Origin: Thermoanaerobaculia bacterium
Lineage (GTDB): Bacteria > Acidobacteriota > Thermoanaerobaculia > UBA5066
Assembly: GCA_038245905.1 (NCBI GenBank)
Contig: JBBRRY010000003.1
Coordinates: 96,001-160,000 of the forward strand
Direction of reading: 5' to 3'
DNA length: 64,000 nucleotides
Part shown: one piece after another, positions 47,151-56,665 of the stretch
Layout of the letters: every line of letters begins with the position of its first letter
Numbering within the stretch: the first letter of the stretch is position 1
The notes under the pieces: generated by a model
The model's input: only the letters and a program-made list of their open reading frames with translations
Databases searched by the model: none
What the model was told of the DNA's origin: nothing
Program-made: the position numbers and the translations under genes

Positions 47151-48122
47151 ATGGCTCCTCGCATTCCCGGCAAGTTCGCGCTCGGGATCGATCTCGGCGG
47201 TACGAAGGTCCTCGCGGGCGTCGTCGACGGCGCCGGAAAAATCGTCGGTCGCGGCAAGCTCAAGACTCCGTTCCGGGACGGCACGAACGCGATCGGCGAG
47301 GTCCTGGTCGCCGCCGCGGAGCTCGCCCTCCGGGAAGCGGGTGTCGCGCGCGGGAGGGTCGACGCGATCGCGCTCGCGGCCCCGGGAGCGGTCGACGCGG
47401 AGAAGGGCATCCTCCTCCAGGCGGGGAACCTCTCCGCGAAGAACTGGAAGATCCTCGACGTCCTCCGCTCGCCGTTTCCCTCGGCGCGTCTCCGGCTCGA
47501 GAACGACGTCCGCCTGGCCGCGCTCGGCGAGGCGCGACTCGGTGCGGGCCAGGGAGCGGCAACGATGGTCGCCGTCTGGGTCGGCACCGGCATCGGCGGG
47601 GCGGTCATCCGGGGCGGGAAGATCCAGTCGGGCCACAATCGCAACGCCGGAGAAATCGGGTGGACCCGCATCGACTTTCGCCGCGTGAAGCCCGATTCCG
47701 CCGACGGGACGCTCGAGTCGATCGCCGCGAAAGTCGGGATCACGGCCTGGCTGAGGGGCAAGATCGAAGAAGGTGGCAAGACCTGCCTCGCGAAAGCCGT
47801 GTCGAAGAAGGGCGCGCGGCTGAAAGGCTCGCAGCTCCGAGCGGCGTGCGACGCCGGGGACGCCCTGGCTCTTCGGGCGGTCGCCCGGTCCGCGAAGGCC
47901 GTCGGGCTCGCGATGGCGAACGTCTTCAACGTCCTCTCGCCCGATCTCTTCGTGCTCGGGGGCGGTGTCGCGACGGACGTCGGCGCGCCGTATCTCGCGG
48001 ACGTGAGGAAGTGGGCGGCCGCGTTCGCGTTTTCCGAGCAGCTCGGAAGGCTGCGCGTCAAACCCGCCGCCCTGGGAGACGACGCGGGGGTGCTCGGGGC
48101 CGCGCTCTACGCTCGGGAATAG
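47151..48122 (+). CDS. ROK-family sugar kinase
   Basis: GGAGG RBS; IDLGGTK, LENDV, VGTGIGG, AGEIG, LGGG, AGVLGAA. Confidence 0.9.
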   Translation: MAPRIPGKFALGIDLGGTKVLAGVVDGAGKIVGRGKLKTPFRDGTNAIGEVLVAAAELALREAGVARGRVDAIALAAPGAVDAEKGILLQAGNLSAKNWKILDVLRSPFPSARLRLENDVRLAALGEARLGAGQGAATMVAVWVGTGIGGAVIRGGKIQSGHNRNAGEIGWTRIDFRRVKPDSADGTLESIAAKVGITAWLRGKIEEGGKTCLAKAVSKKGARLKGSQLRAACDAGDALALRAVARSAKAVGLAMANVFNVLSPDLFVLGGGVATDVGAPYLADVRKWAAAFAFSEQLGRLRVKPAALGDDAGVLGAALYARE

Positions 48123-48144
48123 GCTCTCTGGCACAATCCTGAGA

Positions 48145-48924
48145 ATGAGTTGCACGGGTTGCTCCCTCGGAACCTCCGCGAACCCGGGCGGGAACTACGT
48201 CGGCGTGCGCGTCGCCGACGCGATGGACGGGCGCACCGTCCTCGTCTTCACGGGGGAGATCGCCGTCAAGCCGGGGGAGCGCGTCATCGTGGAAGCCGAG
48301 AACGGCCCGGAGTTCGCCGAAGTCACGACGACGACGCCCGTTCTGGGCAAAGCGTGCTCCTCGAAGAAGGCCAAGCGTTTCCTGAGGCTTGCATCCGACT
48401 CCGAGTACGCCGACTACATCGAGAGGATCGAGCTGCAGGACGCGGCGCGCCTCTTCGCCGACGGGACCGTGGAAGAGCTGAAGCTGGACGTCCACGTCGT
48501 CAAGTGCGCGGTCGGCTTCGATCGGCGGCGCATGACCGTGCTCTACACGTCCGAGAAGAAGCCCGAGACGCGCGAGCTCCAACGCCGGATCGGCGACCGC
48601 TTCGAGATCCGCGTCGAGATGAAGACGATCGGCGTCCGGGACGAGACGAAGATGATCGGCGGCATCGGCTCATGTGGCCTGACGCTGTGCTGCTCGACCT
48701 GGCTCAAGACCTTCCACCCCGTGGCCATCAAGATGGCGAAGATGCAGGGCCTCACCCCGAATCCCTCGAAGCTCACCGGTCAATGCGGACGCCTGAAGTG
48801 CTGCGTGGCCTACGAGCTCGAAGGCGGGATCGAAGCCGCGCGCCGCATGAGCCACGGGGGAGACCGGGACCGGGGACGCGCCGCCCCGCCCCACCCTTCC
48901 GCTCCTCCCCAGCCCGCGGCCTGA
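48145..48924 (+). CDS. ricT: PSP1-domain / RicT (YaaT)-like protein
   Basis: IGVRDE, GGIGSCGLTLCCSTW, KMAKMQ, GQCGRLKCC..YE. Confidence 0.85.
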   Translation: MSCTGCSLGTSANPGGNYVGVRVADAMDGRTVLVFTGEIAVKPGERVIVEAENGPEFAEVTTTTPVLGKACSSKKAKRFLRLASDSEYADYIERIELQDAARLFADGTVEELKLDVHVVKCAVGFDRRRMTVLYTSEKKPETRELQRRIGDRFEIRVEMKTIGVRDETKMIGGIGSCGLTLCCSTWLKTFHPVAIKMAKMQGLTPNPSKLTGQCGRLKCCVAYELEGGIEAARRMSHGGDRDRGRAAPPHPSAPPQPAA

Positions 48925-49052
48925 GCGCTTTCCGGGGGCTCCGCCTCCGAGATCCGTTTCTTTCCGGTTCTGGCTTTTCCTGGAGCACGCGGAATAGACT
49001 CCCCCTCAAGTTCGTTTCCCTTCGCATGGGTCCCTCCAGAGGAGTCCTCGAC

Positions 49053-49475
49053 ATGGCCTCGGTGAAAAAGCCACCGTCCGGAGCAGAGCCTTCCGCGGAC
49101 GACCCGACGGCCGAGCTGGGCCCGCGCAAGCTCATCCGGCCGTCGCTGGCTCACGTCCTCAGGGATCAGGGTGTCTCGCGCGGCTCCTCGTCGCGGAAAA
49201 TGGTTCCTCCGGAGCAGACGAACGCCGAGGCGTACTACTACCTCAAGCAGATGCAGAGCAGGACGCCGATCGTCGTCCGCCTCGTGGACGGCGAGGAGCT
49301 GCGGGGCTGGATCGAGTGGTACGACAAGGACGTCATCAAGCTGAACCGTGAGCACGCCCCGAACCTGCTCATCCCGAAGCGGTCGATCAAGTACCTCTTC
49401 AAGGAAGAGGAGGAGCGCATGCATAAGAGAAAGCGCCGGCCCGGGCCGCCCGCTTCCGAAGGCGCCTCCGGCTGA
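49053..49475 (+). CDS. Hfq-like Sm-fold RNA chaperone with disordered tails
   Basis: AGGAG RBS; YLKQM...PIVVRLVDGEELRGWIEWYD..IKL....NLLIPKRSIKY. Confidence 0.72.
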   Translation: MASVKKPPSGAEPSADDPTAELGPRKLIRPSLAHVLRDQGVSRGSSSRKMVPPEQTNAEAYYYLKQMQSRTPIVVRLVDGEELRGWIEWYDKDVIKLNREHAPNLLIPKRSIKYLFKEEEERMHKRKRRPGPPASEGASG

Positions 49476-49522
49476 CATTTCCTCCCGGACACGGGGCCCC
49501 TCGGCAGAGCTAGACTCGGGGG

Positions 49523-50935
49523 ATGAATACCTCTGCCCTCACCAGGGACGCCCTCACTTCCTTCGCCCGTTCGAACCGTACCCGGTTCGAGGGATTGCTC
49601 CGCGACTTCGTCGAGTGCCCGACCGTTTCGGTCGATTCCACGCGGAAGGGCGCGATCGCGGACGGCGTGAAGCTGGCCACAGACACCATCCGCGCCTTCG
49701 GCGGTTCCGCCTCCGTCCACGAGTCGGGGGGTAACCCGATCGTCAACGGCCAGTGGGGCCACGATGCCTCCCGCCCGACGGTCACGGTCTACAACCATCT
49801 GGACGTCCAGCCGGCCTCGATGGAGACCGAGCCCTGGGAATCGGATCCCTTCGTTTTCACGAAGAAGGGGGACCGCTACTTCGGCCGCGGCACGACCGAC
49901 GACAAGGGGCCCGCTCTCTCGGCGCTCTTCGGAGCGAAGGCGGCCGTGGACGCGGGCGTGCCGGCGAACGTGAAGGTCCTGTGGGAGTTCGAGGAGGAGA
50001 TCGGCTCGCCGAACTTCGCGAAGGGTGTCGCGGGCGCCGTCGATGCTCTCGCGACGGACTCCGTCATCGTCTCCGACACGATCTGGATCGCGCGCGGCAA
50101 GCCGGCGGCGCCGGCCGGCCTTCGCGGCATGCAGGGAATGCTGTTCACGCTCGAGACGGGCACCACGGACCAGCACTCGGGCACCACGGGCGGCGCCGCC
50201 CGCAACCCGCTCGCGGAGCTCATGCAGCTCGTCGCCGAATGCTTCGACGCGAAGACGGGGCGGGTGAAGATTCCCGGTTTCTACGAAGACGTCGTCGCGC
50301 CCACGAAGACCGAGCTCGAGGATTTCCGCCGGTCGGGGTTCACGGTCTCGGGATTCAAGAAGGACCACCTCTTGAAGTCCCTCCGCACGAACGACGCGCT
50401 CGAGGTCATGAAGCGCATCTGGGCAATGCCCACGTTCGAGATCCACGGAGTCGTCGGCGGCTACACGGGACCGGGCGTGAAGACGGTCATCCCGCCGCGC
50501 GCGGAGGTGAAGGTCTCGTGCCGGCTCGTTCCGAACCAGACTGGCGCGAAGATCGCGAAGCTCATCACGGCATTCGTGAAGAAGAAGAATCCAGACGTGA
50601 AGGTGCACCTCGAGGGGCGGCTCGACCCGTACCAGGGCACCACGACGGGTCCGCTCGCGGACGCGGTGCGGTCCTCGATGAAGTTCGCGTTCGGCAGGGA
50701 GCCCGTGTTCGTGCGTGAGGGCGGCTCGATCGGCGCCATCGTCACGATGGAGAAGCTCCTGAAAGTGCCGGTGCTCTTCCTCGGGCTCTCGCTGCCCGAG
50801 CACGGCTATCACGCGCCGAACGAGAACTACGACTGGGAGCAGGCCGAGGGCGGCATGATCGCCTTCGCGAAATACTTCGAGAGAATCGGAGAGCTCGGAA
50901 AGGTCGGCGCCCGGGGGTACCGCCCGAAGAAGTAG
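49523..50935 (+). CDS. M20/M25/M40 metallopeptidase (dipeptidase-like)
   Basis: YNHLDVQP, GRGTTDDKG, EEEIGS, HSG..GG, EGGSI, HAPNE. Confidence 0.92.
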   Translation: MNTSALTRDALTSFARSNRTRFEGLLRDFVECPTVSVDSTRKGAIADGVKLATDTIRAFGGSASVHESGGNPIVNGQWGHDASRPTVTVYNHLDVQPASMETEPWESDPFVFTKKGDRYFGRGTTDDKGPALSALFGAKAAVDAGVPANVKVLWEFEEEIGSPNFAKGVAGAVDALATDSVIVSDTIWIARGKPAAPAGLRGMQGMLFTLETGTTDQHSGTTGGAARNPLAELMQLVAECFDAKTGRVKIPGFYEDVVAPTKTELEDFRRSGFTVSGFKKDHLLKSLRTNDALEVMKRIWAMPTFEIHGVVGGYTGPGVKTVIPPRAEVKVSCRLVPNQTGAKIAKLITAFVKKKNPDVKVHLEGRLDPYQGTTTGPLADAVRSSMKFAFGREPVFVREGGSIGAIVTMEKLLKVPVLFLGLSLPEHGYHAPNENYDWEQAEGGMIAFAKYFERIGELGKVGARGYRPKK

Positions 50936-50956
50936 CCGGGTCCCCGGCAGCACGGA

Positions 50957-51568
50957 TCAGCGGGCGATGTCGAGGGCGAGAACGCCGGAGTAGAAGCTGA
51001 GGCCGGGATTGTCGGGCCCGACGGTGCCGAGGTTCGACAGGTGAGTCCGCCGTAGGCCGCCCGAGATCGAGATGCCGTCCGAGAGGCGCACGCGGACGCG
51101 CCCGCCGAGGATATCGAGAAAATTGAACCGTGAGCCCTCGGCGGGCACGGGCGAGAACGCCCAGGCGAGGCCGACACTCGCCTCGAGGCGCAGAGAGACG
51201 GTGCTCTTCTTGAACGCGTCGAACGCGAGGTACGGAGCGGCGGCGACGACGAAGCGATCTTCGCGCGGGCGGCCCGGAAGATCGACGCGCGTCAGGTTCA
51301 CGAAGAAAAGCGGCGTCAGCTCGACGCCCCACGAGAACCCGGAGCCAAGCGGGAAGTCGCGAGCGACCGAGAGCGACGCACCCTCCGCGAATCCCTGCGA
51401 CGTCGGCGCGGACGCTTGGCCGTAAGAAGAAATGAGATGCCAGGCCTGCGCGGACGGAGCCACGGGCGCCGCCCCTGCCTGTGCGAGGGTGTATTCACCG
51501 TCTAAGAAAGTCAGCGTGACAGCGAGTTTCGCCGCCGCACGCAGCGCACGGGTCTTTCTCCCCCTCAA
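50957..51568 (-). CDS. PagL-like (lipid A 3-O-deacylase / acyloxyacyl hydrolase) outer-membrane beta-barrel
   Basis: FNF, THLSNLG...NPGL. Probable TTG start overlapping the upstream stop; start uncertain. Confidence 0.7.
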   Translation of the reverse strand: MRGRKTRALRAAAKLAVTLTFLDGEYTLAQAGAAPVAPSAQAWHLISSYGQASAPTSQGFAEGASLSVARDFPLGSGFSWGVELTPLFFVNLTRVDLPGRPREDRFVVAAAPYLAFDAFKKSTVSLRLEASVGLAWAFSPVPAEGSRFNFLDILGGRVRVRLSDGISISGGLRRTHLSNLGTVGPDNPGLSFYSGVLALDIAR

Positions 51569-52890
51569 TCGGGTTTCTTGACGACCTTGCCGCGCGAGAT
51601 CACCGCGACCGTCTTCTCCATCACCTTGATGTCCGAAAGCGGGTCGCCGGCCACCGCGACGAGGTCCGCGACGCAGCCCGCGTCGAGGCAGCCGAGCTTC
51701 CCGTCCTTGTGCGGCCCGAGGAGATCCGCGGCGACCGTCGTTGCGGAGCGTAGCGCGTCCCACGGCGTCATCCCCCACGCGACCATGAAGGAGAATTCCT
51801 CGGCCTGGTTGCGCTTGTCCCAGTCGAATCCTCCCGCGTCCGTTCCGAACGCGATCGCGACTCCCGCCTTGTACGCGCGCTTGAACGACTCCTCGGACGC
51901 GGTCCAGAGCTGGTCCCAGATCGGGTTCGTCTTGCTGCGCGGGCCCTTCACGAAGTCCGCGACCGTGATCGTCGGGCAGTACGCAACCTTCTTCGCGACC
52001 ATCGCCTTGACGGTCTCGTCGTCGAGGACGTCGCCGTGCTCGAGCGAGTCGACGCCCGCGGCGAGCGCGATCCGGTGTCCCGTCGGCGTCATCGAGTGCG
52101 CCGCGACCTTTTTCCGGAGGCGGTGCGCCTCGTCCACAATCGCGTTCATCTCGTCCTGCGTGAAGTTCGGGATCGACGCCCAGCCGCCATCGGGCGTCCG
52201 GTAGTAAGACCCGTCCGCGTAGACCTTGATCCAGTCGACGCCGTACTGGGCCTGAAAGCGGACGCCCTTGCGGCAGTCGTCCGCCCCGTCGCACTTGAGG
52301 ACGCCGTCGGGCATCTTCCGTTCCCACGAGAAGCCGAGGAGCGGGTAGCGGCCGGTCGGCGTCATCGCGGGGCCTGAAGTGATCACGCGCGGTCCGGGCA
52401 CGATCCCGAGGGCGAACGCCTTCCGGAGGTCGACGTCCGTGAAGCCCGCGCCCTCGGTTCCGAGATCGCGCACGGTCGTGAAACCGTGGTCGAGTGCGAT
52501 GCGTGCGGCGGCGGCGGCACGGAGCGCGCGGTATGGAGTCGATTCCTTGAGGACCTGCTCGTCGTACTCCTCCGCGGTCGCGTCGCCCTGCAAGAGAAGG
52601 TGTGTGTGCGCGTCGATGAGGCCGGGGAGGCAGGTGTATGCCGAGAGGTCGAGGACCTGGGGGGAAGATGAAGATTCGGATTTCTTTGAAGGCGAAGAGG
52701 GCATGGGCGCCGACGCCGCGCCCGAGTCGAGGCGCGTCACTCTTCCACCTTCTAAGAAAATTTTGATATTCGTCTTCGTCGAGCGGCTTCCGGGATCGAG
52801 CAGCTTCCCGCACGTCACGGTCAGCGGCTGGGCAGCGAGCGGGAGCGCAAAGGCGGCGGCAAGCGTGAGGAGCGCGAGGCGAGGGTTCAT
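51565..52890 (-). CDS. Exported metal-dependent amidohydrolase (Xaa-Pro dipeptidase-like)
   Basis: Signal peptide, PGLIDAHTH, GFTTVRDLG, WIK, VAAH, SLEHG, FGTDAG. Confidence 0.9.
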   Translation of the reverse strand: MNPRLALLTLAAAFALPLAAQPLTVTCGKLLDPGSRSTKTNIKIFLEGGRVTRLDSGAASAPMPSSPSKKSESSSSPQVLDLSAYTCLPGLIDAHTHLLLQGDATAEEYDEQVLKESTPYRALRAAAAARIALDHGFTTVRDLGTEGAGFTDVDLRKAFALGIVPGPRVITSGPAMTPTGRYPLLGFSWERKMPDGVLKCDGADDCRKGVRFQAQYGVDWIKVYADGSYYRTPDGGWASIPNFTQDEMNAIVDEAHRLRKKVAAHSMTPTGHRIALAAGVDSLEHGDVLDDETVKAMVAKKVAYCPTITVADFVKGPRSKTNPIWDQLWTASEESFKRAYKAGVAIAFGTDAGGFDWDKRNQAEEFSFMVAWGMTPWDALRSATTVAADLLGPHKDGKLGCLDAGCVADLVAVAGDPLSDIKVMEKTVAVISRGKVVKKPD

Positions 52891-52929
52891 TTGACGGAGA
52901 CTCCCTTCCCGATCAGGATGCCGGGGATT

Positions 52930-53484
52930 ATGAGCCGCGCCGAAGACCTCCAGAACGCCCGCAGCCGAATGGAAGCGGTCCGGGCGGAGATATACGCCGC
53001 CGTGGACGGGAAGTCTGACGCGGAGCTCCTCGCGCTGCCTGCCGATGGCGGCTGGTCGGCCGCCGAGGTGCTCGACCACATTGCCACGGCCGAGCGCACG
53101 CTCGTCAAGGCGCTCGCGAAGCACGAGAAGGGCGAGCCGACACGCGTCCCGAGGCGCGCGTGGTGGTACCGCCTCCCGATGTCGCCCGTGTTCTGGAAGA
53201 TCAAGTTCCGGGCGCCGAAGCTCGTCCGCCCGCGCCCGCGCGCCGAGGTGAACCCGGCGGAAGTTCTCACGGGGCTCCGGGAATCGCGCGCGGCTCTCCT
53301 CGCGCTCGCGGACCGCATGGGTGAGGAGCGTTTCGCGGCGATGATTTTCCCGCATTTCCTCCTCGGGCGCTTCAGCGGCCTCGACTGGTTCACGTTCATC
53401 GCGCTCCACGAGGGCAAGCACCTCGGCCAGATCCGCCGCGGCCTCGACGAGTCGAAGGTCCTGCGCCTGACCGCGCGCGCCTGA
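52930..53484 (+). CDS. DinB-family protein
   Basis: WSAAEVLDH, PHFLLG, HEGKH..QI. Confidence 0.85.
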   Translation: MSRAEDLQNARSRMEAVRAEIYAAVDGKSDAELLALPADGGWSAAEVLDHIATAERTLVKALAKHEKGEPTRVPRRAWWYRLPMSPVFWKIKFRAPKLVRPRPRAEVNPAEVLTGLRESRAALLALADRMGEERFAAMIFPHFLLGRFSGLDWFTFIALHEGKHLGQIRRGLDESKVLRLTARA

Positions 53485-53490
53485 TTCTCC

Positions 53491-54096
53491 TCAGCGGTCG
53501 AGGAGCACGGCGATCCGGAAGCTCGCGTATGCGAAGACCGGCGCGGCGAGGACGTCGATCGTATAGTGGACGTGCTGCCAGAGGACACTGATTCCCACGG
53601 CCGCGGTCGAGACGAGGAACAGAGCCTTCCATCGCCGGCCCGGTACCACGCAGGCGAGCAGGAAGAGCGTCGACGTGTGTCCCGAGAAGAAGAGATCCTT
53701 CGTCAGGAGCGCTCCCGGCCCGAAGAGGCGGACGAGCGGATCGTGGAGCGGGATCATTCCCGGCGGCGCCTCGAGCGGCGTGACGCCCATGGCGGCGATC
53801 CTGAAGAGGACCATCAGGACATAGGCCTGGAGCGCGACGACGAGACGGCGTGGCTCCGTCCCGAGCCGCGCCACGCCGAAGAGGAGGCCGAGATAGATGA
53901 GGCCGAACGTGAGCCCGGTCAGATCGCGCGGAGGGAGGAGCGCGAGGACGGGATCTCTCAACACGGCGCCGGGCCGCGCCTCGTTCCACGTGAGGAAGCG
54001 GGCGAGGACGAGGAGGGCGGCGACGAGCGCCGGGACGGTGAGAAGGATGCGAAGCCGGAAGCGCGGATCCTGCCAGGCGGCGGTCCACGCGTCCAT
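53491..54096 (-). CDS. Sphingomyelin-synthase-like PAP2_C membrane phosphotransferase
   Basis: DLFFSGHT and HYTIDV motifs, several TM helices. Confidence 0.8.
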   Translation of the reverse strand: MDAWTAAWQDPRFRLRILLTVPALVAALLVLARFLTWNEARPGAVLRDPVLALLPPRDLTGLTFGLIYLGLLFGVARLGTEPRRLVVALQAYVLMVLFRIAAMGVTPLEAPPGMIPLHDPLVRLFGPGALLTKDLFFSGHTSTLFLLACVVPGRRWKALFLVSTAAVGISVLWQHVHYTIDVLAAPVFAYASFRIAVLLDR

Positions 54097-54100
54097 CGCC

Positions 54101-55537
54101 CTACCGCGCGCCGCGGCCCGTGAGGACCGTGGGAATCGTCCGCAGCAATATCTTTGCGTCGAGGCCGAGGCTCCAGTTGTCGATGTAGGCGAGGTCGAGG
54201 TTCATCCATTCGTTGAACAGCGCGATCTCGCTGCGGCCGGAGACCTGCCAGAGCCCGGTGACGCCGGGCTTCATCGACAGCCGCCGCCGCTGCCATCTCT
54301 CGTAGCGTGCGACCTCGTCGGGGAGCGGAGGGCGCGGTCCGACGAGCGACATCTCGCCCCGCAGGACGTTCCAAAGCTGGGGCAGCTCGTCGAAGGAGAA
54401 GCGGCGGATGAGGCGCCCGAACGCCGTGAGGCGGGGATCGTTCGCGGCCTTGAAGACCGGACCGTCGTGCTCGTTGAGGTGCTGGACGCCCGACATGAGC
54501 TCCTCGGCGCCGTCGACCATCGTCCGGAGCTTGACGAGCGTGAAGGGGCGGCCGTTCAGCCCGCAGCGCGTCTGCCGGAAGAGGACGGGACCCCGCGACG
54601 TGAGCTTGATGACGAGGGCGGCGAGCGTGACCGGCACGAGGGACACGACGCCGATGAGGACCGAGAGGAAAATGTCGACGACACGTTTCAGGAGGAGCGA
54701 GACGCCTTCGCCGGGCGTGGTCGAGAACGTGAGGAGCGGCGTCCCGTCGAGCTCCTCGAGCTCCACGCGCGCGAGGACGTGCGGGAAGAAGTCCAGCACG
54801 AGCCGTGTCTTCACGCCCATCTCCTCGCAGAGCAGGAAGATGTCTTCGAGCTTCGGCAGGTCGCCGCGGTCCACGGCGAGGACGACCTCGTCGACCGTGA
54901 ATTCCGTGAGGATCTTCGGAAAGTCCAGAAGTGAGCCGAGAAGGGGCACTCCGTTCGCGGTCGTCGTCTGGCCGTCCTCGGCGGGCTTCTCGCGCACGAG
55001 GCCGAGGAGCTTCAGACCCCACCACGGGTGCTCGTGGATGAGCCGGGCCATCGACGCGGCGCGCGGCGTGTCGCCCACGAGGACGACCGTGCGGAAGTTG
55101 AACCCGAGCGACCGCACGCGCCGGGCCACGAGGCGGACCGTCACCCGTTCGGCGACGAGGAAGAGGATGTTCACGACAAAGAAAATGGCGAGGAACGGTC
55201 GCGAGATGAAGTCCCACCGTGCGCCGAACACGACGAGCGCGAGAAGGAGGCTCCCGAAGAAGGACGTGCGCGTCATGAGCGCGACTTCGTTCTTCAGGCG
55301 CAGCGTACGGTGGCTGCGATACGCGCCCTCGAGGAAGAGGAGACCCGAGAAGATGAGGACCGTGGGCGCGACGAGGACGAGATAGATGTTGAATTCGTAC
55401 AGCGGCGTGAGCCGGCTGAAGAGACGGGGAAGGATCTCGCTCCGAAGCGCGTAAGCCACGGGCAGCGTCGCGAGCGTGACGCTGAGGTCGGCCGCGTACA
55501 GGAGTGCGGCGATTGACCGGGCCTGTTGCTTCAGCAT
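54101..55537 (-). CDS. Polyprenyl-phosphate glycosylphosphotransferase (WcaJ/GumD-like priming transferase)
   Basis: KRVVDI, KLRTM, DPR, DELPQLWNVLRGEMSLVGPRP, KPGVTGLWQV. Confidence 0.93.
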   Translation of the reverse strand: MLKQQARSIAALLYAADLSVTLATLPVAYALRSEILPRLFSRLTPLYEFNIYLVLVAPTVLIFSGLLFLEGAYRSHRTLRLKNEVALMTRTSFFGSLLLALVVFGARWDFISRPFLAIFFVVNILFLVAERVTVRLVARRVRSLGFNFRTVVLVGDTPRAASMARLIHEHPWWGLKLLGLVREKPAEDGQTTTANGVPLLGSLLDFPKILTEFTVDEVVLAVDRGDLPKLEDIFLLCEEMGVKTRLVLDFFPHVLARVELEELDGTPLLTFSTTPGEGVSLLLKRVVDIFLSVLIGVVSLVPVTLAALVIKLTSRGPVLFRQTRCGLNGRPFTLVKLRTMVDGAEELMSGVQHLNEHDGPVFKAANDPRLTAFGRLIRRFSFDELPQLWNVLRGEMSLVGPRPPLPDEVARYERWQRRRLSMKPGVTGLWQVSGRSEIALFNEWMNLDLAYIDNWSLGLDAKILLRTIPTVLTGRGAR

Positions 55538-55558
55538 TCGGAGCCGGGACGCTTCCCG

Positions 55559-56665
55559 CTACCCCCGGATGCTAGCAAGGAGGGCTTCGTACTCGTCCGC
55601 GACGGCGTCCCAGCGGTAGAGAGAACGGGCGCGCGCGTGCGCCGCCCGGCCGGATGTCTCCCGCGCCGCGGGATCCGAAAGGAGAGCGGTCAAACCGGCG
55701 GCGAGGCTCTCCGTGCGGCGGGCGTCCACGTAGAGCGCGGCCTCCCCGGCCGCCTCACGGTTCTCCGGCGTGTCGTGGACGACGAGAGGCCTGCCGAACC
55801 CCATCGCCTCGACGAGCGCGGGGTGCGTGCCGCCGACCTCGGTCGCGTGAACGTAGACCGACGCGTTCGCGAGAAGCTCGCGATACGGCTCGCCGTAAAT
55901 CGCCCCGGGCAGGAGGACGCGCGGATCGCCCGCGGCGTCCGCCCGAATGCCGGCGAGAAACGCGTCCGCATACGGGGCCGCCCCCACGAGGACCAGCTTC
56001 GCGTCGCCGGGGACGAGGCGATACGCCCTGATCACGGCGTCGGCGTTGTTCTCGGGCTCGAAGCGCGAGACATAGAGGACATAGCCTCCCGGGACGAGAC
56101 CGAGCCGATCGAGCGCCGCGCGCCCGGCCGGTGAGGCCAGGTCGGAGCCATACGCGATGTAAGAGGACTCCTTGCCGTAGGTCTCCCTGTAGTAGGTCTC
56201 GATCGAGCGCGCATCCGTCACGACGGAATCCGGCATCACGCACGACAGTCGCTCCGAAAGCGCGTAGGCGAGCTTTCCGAGGGCGCTCCATTTCCGGCGG
56301 TTCCGTTCGAGGCCATCCACGTTCAGGACGATCCGCGTCGGCGCCCCGAGGAGGCGGGGCAGCCGGCAGAGAAGGGCGTTCACACCGTTGCACACGAGGA
56401 CCGCGTCGTAACCCTGCGTCGCGGCGTGGAGGCCCGACAGGGCCGCGTGGACGACGGTGTCGAGGTACTTCGTCCTGAGCGTGGGAATGTGGACGACGCG
56501 TGCGCCGCGATGGGCCGGGACGACGGAGGCGACTCCGTGGGCCCGGGAGTACACGGTGATGTCGTGCCCCCGGGCGGCAAGACGCGCGGAGAGCTCCTCG
56601 GCGAGCGTCTCGAATCCTCCGTAGGCGGCGGGCACGCCGCGCGTCCCGAGAATCGCAAGCTTCAT
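55559..56665 (-). CDS. GT4 glycosyltransferase (DUF1972-type)
   Basis: GTRGVPAAYGGFET, RFEPENN, GGTHPALVEAM. Confidence 0.9.
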   Translation of the reverse strand: MKLAILGTRGVPAAYGGFETLAEELSARLAARGHDITVYSRAHGVASVVPAHRGARVVHIPTLRTKYLDTVVHAALSGLHAATQGYDAVLVCNGVNALLCRLPRLLGAPTRIVLNVDGLERNRRKWSALGKLAYALSERLSCVMPDSVVTDARSIETYYRETYGKESSYIAYGSDLASPAGRAALDRLGLVPGGYVLYVSRFEPENNADAVIRAYRLVPGDAKLVLVGAAPYADAFLAGIRADAAGDPRVLLPGAIYGEPYRELLANASVYVHATEVGGTHPALVEAMGFGRPLVVHDTPENREAAGEAALYVDARRTESLAAGLTALLSDPAARETSGRAAHARARSLYRWDAVADEYEALLASIRG

